A DNA stretch of 64,000 bases. It comes from Octopus vulgaris. Lineage: Eukaryota. Under the pieces are notes generated by a model. That model ran no database searches. It was not told the origin of the DNA and worked only from the letters and a program-made list of their open reading frames with translations. Position 1 is the stretch's first letter, and each line of letters opens with the position of its first letter. The stretch lies in contig OX597828.1 in the NCBI GenBank assembly GCA_951406725.2, positions 20,956,001 through 21,020,000 of the forward strand. Direction: 5' to 3'. The position numbers and the translations under genes are program-made. Of the stretch, positions 11,846 through 24,384 are shown in pieces.

Positions 11846-12240
11846 GGCGCAGGAGTGGCTGTGTGGTAAGTAGCTTGCTTACCAACCACATAGTTCCAGG
11901 TTCAGTCCCACTGCGTGGCACCTTATAACATGTATCTTTTACTATAGCCTCGGGCCGACCAAAGCCTTGTAAGTGGATTTGGTAGACGGAAACTGAAAGA
12001 AGCTCGTCATATATATGTATATGTATATATGTGTGTGTCTGTGTTTGTCCCCCTAGCATTGCTTGACAACCGATGCTGGTGTGTTTATGTCCCCGTCACT
12101 TAGCGGTTCGGCAAAATGAGACCGATAGAATAAGTACTGGGCTTACAAAGAATAAGTCCCGGGGTCGAGTTGCTCGACTAAAGGCGGTGCTCCAGCATGG
12201 TCGCAGTCAAATGACTGAAACAAATAAAAGAGTAAAAGAG
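11846..12240 (+). mobile_element. tRNA-derived SINE family A, full length
   Basis: Head GGCGCAGGAGTGGCTGTGTGGTAAG...GGTTCAGTCCC (A/B boxes), central TA/TG microsatellite, tail ...GACTGAAACAAATAAAAGAGTAAAAGAG. Confidence 0.9.
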
Positions 12241-12275
12241 TATATATCTGCAACTCAACAACTGAGACAGATTAT

Positions 12276-12982
12276 CCCTTTAGCATTTAAACCAGCTATA
12301 TCCGGCCCTAAATATCCTACCAGTTCTATATGCAAACTGACCAGATCTGGCTTCTCACATTTACCCTACAATGTCATTCTAAAAATAGACAGACACATCA
12401 TCAAAATCTTGAAGCTATGAGGTAATACAAGATTAATTAAGAACAATGTGAATAAATGACTTGCAAACAACTGCACATGCAAGTGCTACCAGTCAAAAAC
12501 TCTGCATACCGGAAGCCAGCAAGTGTATGGGGTCATCAGGAGAGAATGCATGCCATTTCGGGGCCTACCTCTCGACGGCATCAATGCGCACCGGCCCCCC
12601 TCACTGATATGAGGCCCCGCTTGCTAGATCAACTGGTTATCAAATAAAGCTCAATATTCTTCTAGCCATTGCTCATTGTCTCTTTTTAACCATATCCAGT
12701 GGCTAGCCTTCTCCACTGTAGTTTGGATATCGATCATGGTGGTATTGACTTTACGATGAGTTAGGCCTGACAATAACAACAGTCGTCTCACACTGTGTCC
12801 AACAAACCCTTTACATCCAACTTCGATTGGAAAATGCTCTGCAAAATGCTCTGCTTTCCAGCCTGTGTCTTCACATTCCTCGAGGAGGTTTACATAACAG
12901 TCAATCTTTCGAGCCCGAGCGGCATCCATGTTGTCTTCATGAGGAACCGTTAACTTGACAGAATAATCTGAATACTAAAGGA
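12276..12982. mobile_element. piggyBac-like MITE interrupted by a HERO-type LINE fragment
   Basis: Ends TTAT|CCCTTTAGCATTTA and TGAATACTAAAGGA|TTAA are imperfect inverted repeats with TTAA-like flanks. Confidence 0.55.
12460..12955 (-). mobile_element. 5'-truncated HERO/NeSL-type non-LTR retrotransposon (restriction-like endonuclease C-terminus and 3' UTR)
   Basis: LTVPHEDNMDAARARKIDCYVNLLEECEDTGW...PIEVGCKGFVGHS...VEKASHWIWLKRDNEQW* (stop 12651-12653) fits the ELTVPxE...RK..KY...EVGxxGF...WxWxxR pattern of HERO-like RLE elements. Confidence 0.8.
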
Positions 12983-13145
12983 TTAACAAAGACATTTGGA
13001 TTTGGTCTATCTTTGAGTTGGGGCTGCAAGTTTCAGCCAGACATCATCGAAGGGAACATAAGGAGTGAGCTGATATCATTTAGTAGGTGAACCAGGAATT
13101 GAACCCATGACATTAAGATCATGAGTTGAACACCCTGGGACTCAT

Positions 13146-13189
13146 ACAGATCCTACACTTTGATCTCAGCCAAAAGGCTGAGAAGCGAT
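13146..13189 (-). pseudogene. U2: U2 snRNA 5' fragment (about nt 1-44)
   Basis: ATCGCTTCTCAGCCTTTTGGCTGAGATCAAAGTGTAGGATCTGT versus the conserved U2 5' end ATCGCTTCTCGGCCTTTTGGCTAAGATCAAAGTGTAGTATCTGT: 3 mismatches. No Sm site or 3' half. Confidence 0.9.
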
Positions 13190-13219
13190 GAGGGCTGTGT
13201 ATTCTTGTATTCTTCTATT

Positions 13220-13590
13220 CCTGTACTTGTTTCAGTCATTTGACTTTGGCCATGCTGGAGCACTGTCTTTAGCCAAGCAAATCAACCCCTAGGACTTATT
13301 CTTTGTAAGCCTAGTACTTATTCTATCGGTTACATTTCGCCACACTGCTAAATTACAGGGAAGTAAACACACCAACATCGGTTGTCAAGCGATGGTGGGG
13401 GGAACAAACACAGACATACAAATACATACACACACACATATATACGATGGGCTTCTTTTCAGTTTCTGTCTACCAAATCCACTCACAAGGCTTTGGTCGG
13501 TCCAAGGCTATAGTAGGTGCCATGCAATGGGACTGAACCTGGAACCATGTGGGTGGGAAGGAAGCTACTTACCACACAGCCATGCCTGCA
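13220..13590 (-). mobile_element. SINE family A, CpG-decayed copy
   Basis: Reverse complement of family A with many CG to TG/CA changes. Confidence 0.85.
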
Positions 13591-13824
13591 CCAACAGATC
13601 AAATAGCTAATAACATACATTGTCTTCTAGTTTGTTGTATTCTGTCTCTGTTACTGCAAAACAGTGCACCTAAAAACGCATCATCTACTGCAGTGCATCC
13701 TTCATTTCTAAGAGAGTAGACAACATGTAATTCTGTCGATTTGGTTGCTCTTTCCAGCAGTTTGACAAACTCGCTGACACAAACATGCTTTATCATCACC
13801 TCTGCACTCATCAAAATAAAAATA

Positions 13825-14059
13825 TCTATTTCTTTACTACCCACAAGGGGCTAAACACAGAGAGGACAAACAAGGACAGGCAAAGGGATTAAGTCGATTA
13901 CATCGACCCCAGTGCGTAACTGGTACTTAATTTATCGACCCCGAAAGGATGAAAGGCAAAGTCGACCTCGGCGGAATTTGAACTCAGAACATAACGGCAG
14001 ACGAAATTCGGCTACGCATTTCGCCCGGTGTGCTAACGATTCTGCCAGCTCGCCGCCTT
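13825..14059 (-). mobile_element. SINE family B, full length with 15-bp TSD
   Basis: Flanked by ATCAAAATAAAAATA at 13810-13824 and 14060-14074. Confidence 0.9.
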
Positions 14060-14074
14060 ATCAAAATAAAAATA

Positions 14075-15589
14075 CCACCACCATCATCACCCTCACCATC
14101 ACCACTACTACAGTTCCTCACCAACACCACTTCACAACCTCTACAATCACTACTACCACCACCCACGCTAAAACAACCGACCCTCTCCATCACCATCATC
14201 ACCTTTACCAGCTCCAACCAATACTACCACCGCCAGCAACACTACTCACCACAGCTACCAGCGCAACTACCAGAACCACCACAACCATCTCCGTCATCAG
14301 CACTATCACTAACTACCATTGCTCACCACTCTGACAACCACTACCAACAAAACTACCTCTGCAAGTACCACCCCCACAACCTCCGTCTCCACCAACACCA
14401 TCCCATCCACCACCACCTCCAACAACACAACGTCCACCACCACCTCCAACAACACATCCACCACCACCATCACCTCCAACAACAACACATCCACCACCAC
14501 CTCCAACAACACCACATCCACCACCTCCAACAACACCACGTCCACTACCACCACCATCCTCCAACAACACCACATCCACCACCACTTCCAACAACACCAC
14601 AACCACCACCACCACCGCCATCCCATCAACCACCACCTCCAACAATCCTACTCCTGCCAACACTACCATTAACACTATTCCACCATCTCCACCACCAACA
14701 ACCATTACATCCACCACCACCACCACCACCACCACCACCACCATCAACATCATCACTTCCTCCACTGACACCTCCTCCACCTCCACAGTAAATATATTTA
14801 CCATGGTATTTAGCAACAGGAAATCAGTAGAAAAGGGCGGAGGGATGGAAGGGGGCGCGGAGTGGAGGGCAAAGGTTAGAAACCATTTCTTGTGGTGATC
14901 AGGTTCTGTGAGTGATGATGGCTATGGTATTGGCAGTAGTGCTAGTGGTGATAACAGAAATAGTATTAACAGTGATGGCGATGGTGGTTATGGTGAGTAC
15001 AGTGGTGGTGGTGGCGGGTGGTGTTGTTGATGGTGGTGGTGGTGATGATGGTGATGGTACAGGTTGTAGCGCCAGTGGTAGCGACAGTAATTGTGTTGGT
15101 GGTGGGTATTGTGTTGGTGATGGTGATGGTGTCGGTGGTCATAGTGAAAGATACTGGTAGTGTTCTAGTAGTAGTCTTGTATATTGTGGTGGTGGTGGTG
15201 GTGGCGATGATGGTGATGGTACAGGTTGTAGCGCCAGTGGTAGCGACAGTAATTGTGTTGGTGGTGGGTATTGTGTTGGTGATGGTGATGGTGTCGGTGG
15301 TCATAGTGAAAGATACTGGTAGTGTTCTAGTAGTAGTCTTGTATATTGTGGTGGTGGTGGTGGTGGTGGTGGCAGTGGTGGTGATGATGGTGATGGTACA
15401 GGTTGTAGCGCCAGTGGTAGCGACAGTAATTGTGTTGGTGGTGGGTATTGTGTTGGTGATGGTGTCGGTGGTCATAGTGAAAGATACTGGTAGTGTTCTA
15501 GTAGTAGTCTTGTATATTGTGGTGGTGGTGGTGACAGTGGTAGTAGCGAATGCAGTGGTGGTGGTAGCAATAGTAGCAGTAGTAGTAGC

Positions 15590-15651
<62 letters not shown>

Positions 15652-15770
15652 CGGTAGCAGCAGTAGCAGTAGTAGTAGTAGTTGTAGTAGTAGTGGTGGT
15701 GGTGGTGGTGGTAGCGGCGGCGGCGGCAGCAGCAGCAGTTGTAGTAGTAGTAGTGGTGATGGTGGTGGTG
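14075..15770. repeat. Degenerate (ACC/ACT/CAT)n then (GGT/AGT)n tracts with a three-copy ~165-bp minisatellite at ~15030-15540
   Basis: GGTACAGGTTGTAGCGCCAGTGG recurs near 15056, 15218 and 15395. Confidence 0.9.
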
Positions 15771-15879
15771 CGAGGTTTGTGCCAATGCACAACACTCGGT
15801 TCGTTTGATGATAATCACTATTTTATTTATTATATATAAATAGATAACGAAATAATATTGTAAACATAACGATTTACAT

Positions 15880-15997
15880 GCGCACACAAACACACACACA
15901 CACACACACACGTACGCACATATAATAACCCCTTTTCACGATCGTACGTGCAACTAAAATATACGCACACACATCCACATACATAGACATACATACA

Positions 15998-16037
<40 letters not shown>

Positions 16038-16162
16038 CATACATACATACATACATACATACATACATACATACATAAATACATACATGCATACACACAC
16101 ACACATACATGCATGCATACACACACACACACATACATACATACATACATACATACATACAT

Positions 16163-16195
<33 letters not shown>

Positions 16196-16461
16196 TACAT
16201 ACATACATACATACATACATAAATACATACATGCATACATACATACACACACACATACATACACACACACACACACATACATACATACATACACACACAC
16301 ATACACACACACACATACATACATACATACATACACACATACATGGATAAGGATCAAGCTGCAGAAAGCGACGCATATACATACATACATACACACACAC
16401 AGCTATAAATGTAAAATACACATACATGAATAAAATATAACACATTCTCTCTCATTGTCAC

Positions 16462-16504
<43 letters not shown>

Positions 16505-16531
16505 CACTATCTCTATCTATCTATCTCTCTA

Positions 16532-16566
<35 letters not shown>

Positions 16567-16710
16567 AAGAAGAAGAGGGTGGGAGAGAGAGGGAGCACTG
16601 CGATTAGAATTGGTGTTTCCTGAGCAGCAAAATCCGAAATCAACACGCCCACACACTTCTATGCAAGAAGTGTGCTTCTGTGCGAGAAAAAAAAAAAACA
16701 GTGTGTATGC

Positions 16711-16751
<41 letters not shown>

Positions 16752-16937
16752 TGTGTATATGTGTGTTTACATAAATGCATGTATGTGCACGAGTGAGAGA
16801 GAGAGAGAGAGAGGCGTGTGTATTTATGCGTATATTTATATATGCGTATATGTATGTTTATGCAAAACGCATACATAAAACATGCATTAACATGAAGACA
16901 CAAACAAGTGTGTACATGCATATATACATATGTAACC

Positions 16938-16981
<44 letters not shown>

Positions 16982-17446
16982 GCATATACAATTGTGTGGG
17001 GTGTGTATACGTACATAAACATACATTAACATTTTGACACTAGCAAGTGTGTATGCCAATAAACAAGCAATGGTTTTATATGCACCTACATACATGTGTG
17101 TGTGTGTGTATGTGTGTGTGTTAGTTTGTGTGTGTGTATTGCGTGCGTGCGTGTGTATGTAAACACATTAAGATGCTAACACCAGCGTGTATATATACAC
17201 ACACGCATGCAAAGAAAGCATTACCAAATAGAGAAATACGTTATAACGCAGAAGACACGCTATGCGTATTATACATATATACATACATATATATATATAT
17301 ATACAAATATATATACACATACATACATATATATATACATACATACATACATATATATATATATACACATACATACATATATATATACACATACATACAT
17401 ATATATATATACACATACATACATACATACACACATACATACATAC

Positions 17447-17499
<53 letters not shown>

Positions 17500-17692
17500 T
17501 ATATACACATACATACATACATAAATATATACACATACATACATATATACACATACATACATACATATATACACATACATACATACATACATATATACAC
17601 ATACATACATACATACATATATACACATACATACATACATACATATATACATACATACATACATATATACATACACACACACATATATACAC

Positions 17693-17745
<53 letters not shown>

Positions 17746-18480
17746 CACATATATATATATACACATATATACACACACACACACACTTGTCTTGTATATG
17801 TGCGTGTATAAATTGTTAGGCAAATCGCGGGAGAAGCCATACGCCCACACAAGAGATGAGAGGAGCTCCGTTGGACGAACGGCTCGGCATTGACAAAGAG
17901 ATCTGTGAAATAATGGAATTGGTATGTTGAGAGGGTGTGTAGAATGGGTGGGTCGGTGAGAGGGTGTAGACTGGGCGGGTGGGTGGGAAGGAGGGAGGGA
18001 GGGCCATATAAAGGGCTCGTGGGATCAATGTGTGGTTGTTTAACAAAACATAAGAACAATATACACACATGCATGCATGCATACATACATACATGCACAC
18101 ACGCATACATATATATACATACGGATCTTGAGCCTATACACACACACACACACACGTGTGTGTGTGTGTGTGTGCGTACAAAATTACAGATATACAAACA
18201 AATGCATAGAGCATTATAAAACACATATATACACGCATATATATGCATACACACATATGCACACACATTATGCCTATATATGTGTAAAGGTGTACATACA
18301 TATACATGCATATATGCACATATACACACAATACACATGCATATATATATATACATACACACATATGCACACATTACACACATCATGCGTATATATGTGT
18401 AAACGTGTACATACATATACATGCATATATGCACATATATACACAATACACGTGCATATATATAGATTTAGATATATCTA
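15880..18480. repeat. (CA)n/(TA)n/(CATA)n microsatellite field
   Basis: Directly visible. Confidence 0.95.
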
Positions 18481-18631
18481 GTCCCCCGTCACTTAGCGGT
18501 TCGGCAAAAGAGACCGATAGAATAAGTACTGGGCTTACAAAAGAATAAGTCCCGGGGTCGAGTTGCTCGATTAAAGGCGGTGCTCCAGCATGGCCGCAGT
18601 CAAATGACTGAAACAAGTAAAAGAGTAAAGA

Positions 18632-18684
<53 letters not shown>

Positions 18685-18834
18685 AAGAGATATATACATA
18701 CACACATGTATATACACTCGTACATCTACGCATTTGTATATGCATATATACATACACACATACACACACATTGCTCCATTAGGCAGAGTGAACACAACAA
18801 GGTATACAAACGTAAGTAGACAGGCATATCGACA

Positions 18835-19091
18835 TACGAGTGAGTGGCCGAAAAGTTCCTGGCCTTAAGGGTGACACGCAAGACCTGGCTGGAAGGCCCA
18901 ACCTTCGGAGATCTTTTTGCAGGGCTTAGAAAAACTGAAGGACCGCTGCTGCAATAAGTGTGTGAATCTGAGATGTTGGGGGGTGGGGTGAGGAGGGATA
19001 TGTTGGATAAAAATCATAATTAACTGATCCGCCTGTATTTTTTTTTTTACACAAAGCTAGGCTCTTTCCAGCACCCCCACCCCACCCCGTG
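18835..19091 (+). mobile_element. Non-autonomous mariner derivative
   Basis: TA-CGAG..GGCCGAAAAGTTCCTGGC left end and degenerate GCTAGGCTCTTTCCAGCACCCC right end; internal FLQGLEKLKDRCCNKCVNLR resembles a mariner transposase C-terminus. Confidence 0.6.
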
Positions 19092-19094
19092 AAT

Positions 19095-19565
<471 letters not shown>

Positions 19566-20220
19566 AAAGGTAGGCATACAGCCATGCAGGCAGAGACAGC
19601 CACCGAAAGTAAATATCGATAGATACATGTTGAATCAGACAATAGTGTAGCTATTGGTGGAACATAACAGGTGGTTCTTGTAAGTAAGTAGTAGTAGTAG
19701 TAGCAGCAGTAGTGGTGGTGGTGGTGGTGGTGGTAGTAGAATATGACTGAGTAGCGGTGGGAGTAGACGAATTAATAGCAACGGAGGTGGTATACCGAAG
19801 GACTGGCTGTAGTAGTAGCGGCAGCAGCAGCAGCAGCAGCAAGGATTTTCTAACACTACCTCCCCCCACACACACACCACAAACACATACACACATTTTT
19901 GCTATTAAATCCTGCGCTTCTCTGTGCCACAGGCAGCAAGGCATGAGCACCACTAAATCTCCCTCCAACCATTCGATCACCATTGCCTCGCCTCACCTTT
20001 ACATCGTCTTAACACAACTGTTGTCAATGACCTCTGTTTTTGGTATTAAACTATCATCATCATCATAATCATTGTAATCAACATACTAAATTATCATCAT
20101 CATCATCATCATCAACAGCTTAATCCTCATCGCAAACGATTAATTATAATCATCGTCGTCGTCGTCGTCGTCGTCATCGTGCCGAATCGTTGTGCCGACG
20201 AGAAAACGTTTGCAGCATAG

Positions 20221-20388
20221 CATTCATGGGTAAACTGCGGCCCGCAGGGTTTTCTGAAAGGGCACGTCTAGCGAAAAATTTACCTTGAATATTTTTAGTA
20301 GTGCGGGTCGCATGATGTGCGGGCCGCATGATGTGCGCGGTCCGTGTCACATGCGGCCCGCTTCTCGTTAAAACGTTGCCCAAGCCTG
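20221..20388. mobile_element. Degenerate hAT (Charlie/Buster-like) MITE
   Basis: Left CATTCATGGGTAAACTGCGGCCCGC, right GTTGCCCAAGCCTG, internal GCGGCCCGC/GCGGGCCGC subterminal repeats; TSD not preserved. Confidence 0.55.
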
Positions 20389-21049
20389 TTCTACGCGGTC
20401 GCTGGAACAGCTGGAAATCTCTCAACACTATATATATATATATATTTTTTTTTCCCCAATTTATATTCATGTATGTTATTTTGTAATAATTACTGGTATC
20501 CTTATATATTAATATATTTTATATCTTATACGTAAAGCATAAACTGTTATACATATTATACCTGTATATATATTCTTGTAACTGTCAGTTTAGTAAATAA
20601 ATAAATAATTTAACATAATATCATGTCTAAAAGTTGATGAACCACCTATTGATCCCCTCCATTTTCTTATTGCTATATATATATATATATATATTAAATG
20701 GTCACGTTGGATAATGTAGTCCAGAGTTCCCTACAGGAATGGTCATGGTTAGAACGGCCCATCAACAACCAAAGTAACAAAGGCAAGTGCTCCCGTCAAG
20801 ACATTTTCCCCCCCGAAATTCCACAACCACGAAGACGAAAAATGTGTACTGTATTTAATGGCATATATACGCACCTTTTTCAACGGAAAAAAAAAAGTCT
20901 CAAACAAATATAAATAATAAATCAGCCTGGATCCTCTATGAGAAGTTGGATCTCCCATGAGCTTTAATGCACTAAAAACATTTATTCTTGAATATGCGTT
21001 GCTGAGATTGGGATGCCTCTAAGACGCTCGTGCGTCTTTTATACCATCA

Positions 21050-23150
21050 AATACGATACTTTACACGTAAACTACGATTTCAGCCCTTCGTTCTATCAGG
21101 AACCTAAAAGCTCAAAGTCTAACGGCCAGAGGGAAATATAAACACTTACCAAAAAAACCCCAAGAGTCTGAAGGAACCACTGTACCGGTTAATATCTGCA
21201 ATTACTCGTATCAATACTCTGAAGTCCCCAGAATCTGAGAACTGGGAAAGCTTATAACAATTCTAAAAGTGAAGAAATACCCAAATGTAGTAACATCATA
21301 GTGACCCGTCACCCTCAGTAAAGATCCTCAAATATTCGAGAAAACATTCATCCATGATATCACTAATCTACATAATCTTCATCTCCAAGTCCCCAACATT
21401 TTGGTCAAGTGTCTTTTACTATAACTTCAGGAAACTGAGAGAAGCCCATCATGTATGTATGTGTGTGTGTGCGTGTCTTTGTTTGTGACCATCCAAGAGC
21501 GCTTGACAATCGGTGTTGGTGTGTTTACATCCCTATAACCATTATTCCCGCCACCAAGCCTATACAGATTTATACAGCTGACTCAAAAGTGCCTCCCTCA
21601 TAAAAAGCATTTCCCAGGGCGTGCGGCTCAACTGCCCCGTCCTGTCTATCGGAGAAAATATTCGATGGTTTCGACAACAACAAAACAGTTTGCGGGGGTT
21701 CGTGGCTTAGTGATTAGGGTGTTACACTCATGATCATAAGATAGTGGTTTCGATTCCAGGACCGGACCGGGCGATGTGTCGTGTTCTCGAGCAAAACACT
21801 TCATTTCCCGTTGCTCCAGTCCATTCAACTGGCAAATCTGAGAAAACCCTGCAACGGACCGGCGTTCCGTCCAGGAAGGAGAGTATATGCGCCAAAGAAA
21901 CCGGGAAAACAGACCCCTATGATTCTTCCGGAGTAACGTGGACTAACCAGTGTACCATTCTAGCCATCATCACCGACGTCAAAGTTTTCGACTCTAGTCC
22001 CCGCCATCCACTCGATACAAATTAAAATATTCAACACGTCCTTAAGAAACAACACAAAAACACCGGTTAGCAAACTGTCGGGTTACTGAGTTTACTCTTT
22101 ACTCTTTTACTTGTTTCAGTCATTTGACTGCGGCCATGCTGGAGCACCACCTTTTAGTACTTATTCTATCGCTCTCTTTTTGCCGAACCGCTAAGTGACG
22201 GGGACGTAAACACACCAGCATCGGTTGTCAAGCAATGCTAGGGGGACAAACACAGACACACAAACACACACACATATATATATATATACATATATACGAC
22301 AGGCTTCTTTCAGTTTCCGTCTACCAAATCCACTCACAAGGCATTGGTCGGCCCGGGGCTATAGCAGAAGACACTTGCCCAAGATACCACGCAGTGGGAC
22401 TGAACCCGCAACCGTGTGGTTGGTTAGCAAGCTACTTACCACACAGCCACTCCTGTAGCACACAAAATTCCACAACACTTCCAGAACCTTCGAAATTGCT
22501 GGATTGTGTGCCAAAGGGACTTCTCCCCACCTAGCACTTCTACAAAACATGCAGACAGCTTCATACGCAAATGACATAATATTCACATCCTCCTACCATT
22601 CTTCAGACACAGCTGCTCATTTACTTTAGAAGCCTTACTTAAATTACCTGGCTCCGCGACAACAGCCGTACAGAAGCACCTACCAAAGCTTCTCTCTCTC
22701 TCTCTCTCTCTCTCTCTTCTTACAGGCAATAATAATACCAGACAGCATCAAATACATACAGCCACCACACGCCCATCGGCATAAACATACCACACATAGA
22801 GAAGACACAATACTAGAAGCTAGATATAATTAACACCTCTACGAACACACACACACTCACACATGCAGTACATCCACAGACAGAAGACTTAGCGAAGGAA
22901 GCAAAAACGACGCACAAACCTACCAACAGCAATTCTAAGTACCACATTTGGCCAACAGAAAGCAACAATGATAATGATGAACGAACGTTAGATAAGATCC
23001 ATCACAAGACTGTGTCAGTCATAGCTGGGATCCCTAATATCTTTATAGCAAACCACAACAAATTATAAAGACCGCAAAAAGGTGTACGACGCATCGTAAC
23101 AGGTTGTTCATAGGCCACACCCACAGACAACTGATGCAACGTAATGAATT
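21050..23150 (+). mobile_element. Ancient I/Jockey-group LINE reverse-transcriptase relic, split by SINEs
   Basis: Fragments resemble IPxIWK..IIxILK..K.P...SYRPxxL (~21225-21320), CVPKG (for GVPQG) and SYANDI (for YADD) at ~22500-22580, and TTFGQQK...RRIVTGC..TP at ~22940-23130. Confidence 0.6.
22090..22455 (-). mobile_element. SINE family A
   Basis: Near-identical to 11846-12240 in reverse. Confidence 0.9.
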
Positions 23151-24018
23151 GGTTGTGTGCTAGCTTTGCAACCACGTGGTTTCAAGTTCAGTTCCACTGC
23201 TCGTCACTTTGAGCAAGTGTCTTCTACTATAGCTCCGGGCCGACCAATGCCTTGCGAGTAAATCTGGTAGAATTTGTGGAAGCCGTCGTCTATATATATA
23301 AACACCATACCATCGGGAGGTGGAATTAACTAACAGGTGGTAACCGATAAAGAGAAGCAGAGGAGCTTTTAAGAGCGCATTCTGAGGCTTTTGCCCAAGC
23401 AAAATTAAATGTGTGTGTGTGTGTGTATACACACGTCTTTGTGTCTGTCCCAACCCCACCCCCGCTTAACCGACGCTGGTTTGTTTATGTTTCCCGTAAC
23501 TTAGTGGTTCGATGAAATGGAACGATTAAGGACTAGATTTTTTTTTTTTAATAACTGGGGTCGATTCGTTCGACTAAACCCGCCGCGGCCCAATGACTGA
23601 AACGAGTAAAAGATCAAAGATAAAATGAAGGGACACAAGTTATTTCTCCGACTAACTTCACTTCCATACTCCTTGCTGTTACTCCTAGAAACACCAAGTC
23701 CACAATACAATACTCCGGTGCACTTTTAAAACTACTGTCCATCTCTCCTATTCAGCCCGGACAAGCATAAAGAACGTACACACAGAAACTAGTTGCAACA
23801 AGCACCAGGCATTGTGCTGGGATGCACACACTCCCGACAATAATTGCAGACGAACAACAACTATTGCACTTTGATCCGTTCCGACTCTGCCTTGGCCGCG
23901 CCCAGAATCTATTTTTCCTACTCAATACGGACAAGCATAAAGGGATACACACAGAACATGCCGCAACAAGAACTGTTTTAACCAATCTCGAATATTCTGC
24001 AGGGGTATACCTACATCT

Positions 24019-24212
24019 CAGGGGCGTATATTCCGGGTGTGCTAGGTGTGCGCTGCACAGCCATCGAAAATGGTAAATTCATTATAAATATTAGCCTTAC
24101 TCATTAATTTAATCACAAATCTTAATAAGAAAACTTTTGCTATACCCTGCTTGAAATTTGGTGACATTGGGTGTGGTAGTACACCCAATACAACAACCAC
24201 CATACGTCACTG
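24019..24212. mobile_element. hAT-like MITE
   Basis: TIRs CAGGGGCGTAT / ATACGTCACTG; 8-bp flanks match at only 5 of 8 positions. Confidence 0.5.
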
Positions 24213-24225
24213 ATATACCTCCACC

Positions 24226-24384
24226 CAAGAGGTGGACTGAGCCGTCGGTCAATCGGGCACTACCCGAGGGCCCGGAGCTCTGAGGGGCCCACATTCTACA
24301 TGTTAACTCTACAAAAACACACATTCAAAGGGGACCGGTAAACAGTTACGCCCGAGGGACCTTAATACTCTCAGTCCGCCCCTG
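24226..24384. mobile_element. hAT-like MITE with perfect 8-bp TSD
   Basis: TIRs CAAGAGGTGGACTGAG / CTCAGTCCGCCCCTG; TSD CCTCCACC at 24218-24225 and 24385-24392. Confidence 0.8.

Noticed and set aside
12460-13189. U2-targeting (Utopia-like) insertion, suggested by the U2 fragment 190 bp from an RLE LINE
   Set aside because: The protein motifs look HERO-like, the LINE sits inside a piggyBac-like MITE, and a SINE head separates it from the U2 piece; no U2 3' half follows the element.
14030-15839. Mucin-like Thr-rich and His/Pro-rich ORFs
   Set aside because: Trinucleotide tracts open on both strands, with no signal peptide, splice context or non-repetitive domain.
8482-18446. Long ORFs of 130-400 aa rich in Y/I/C/V/M/H/T
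   Set aside because: Translations of (TA)n, (CA)n and (CATA)n tracts, open in several frames on both strands.
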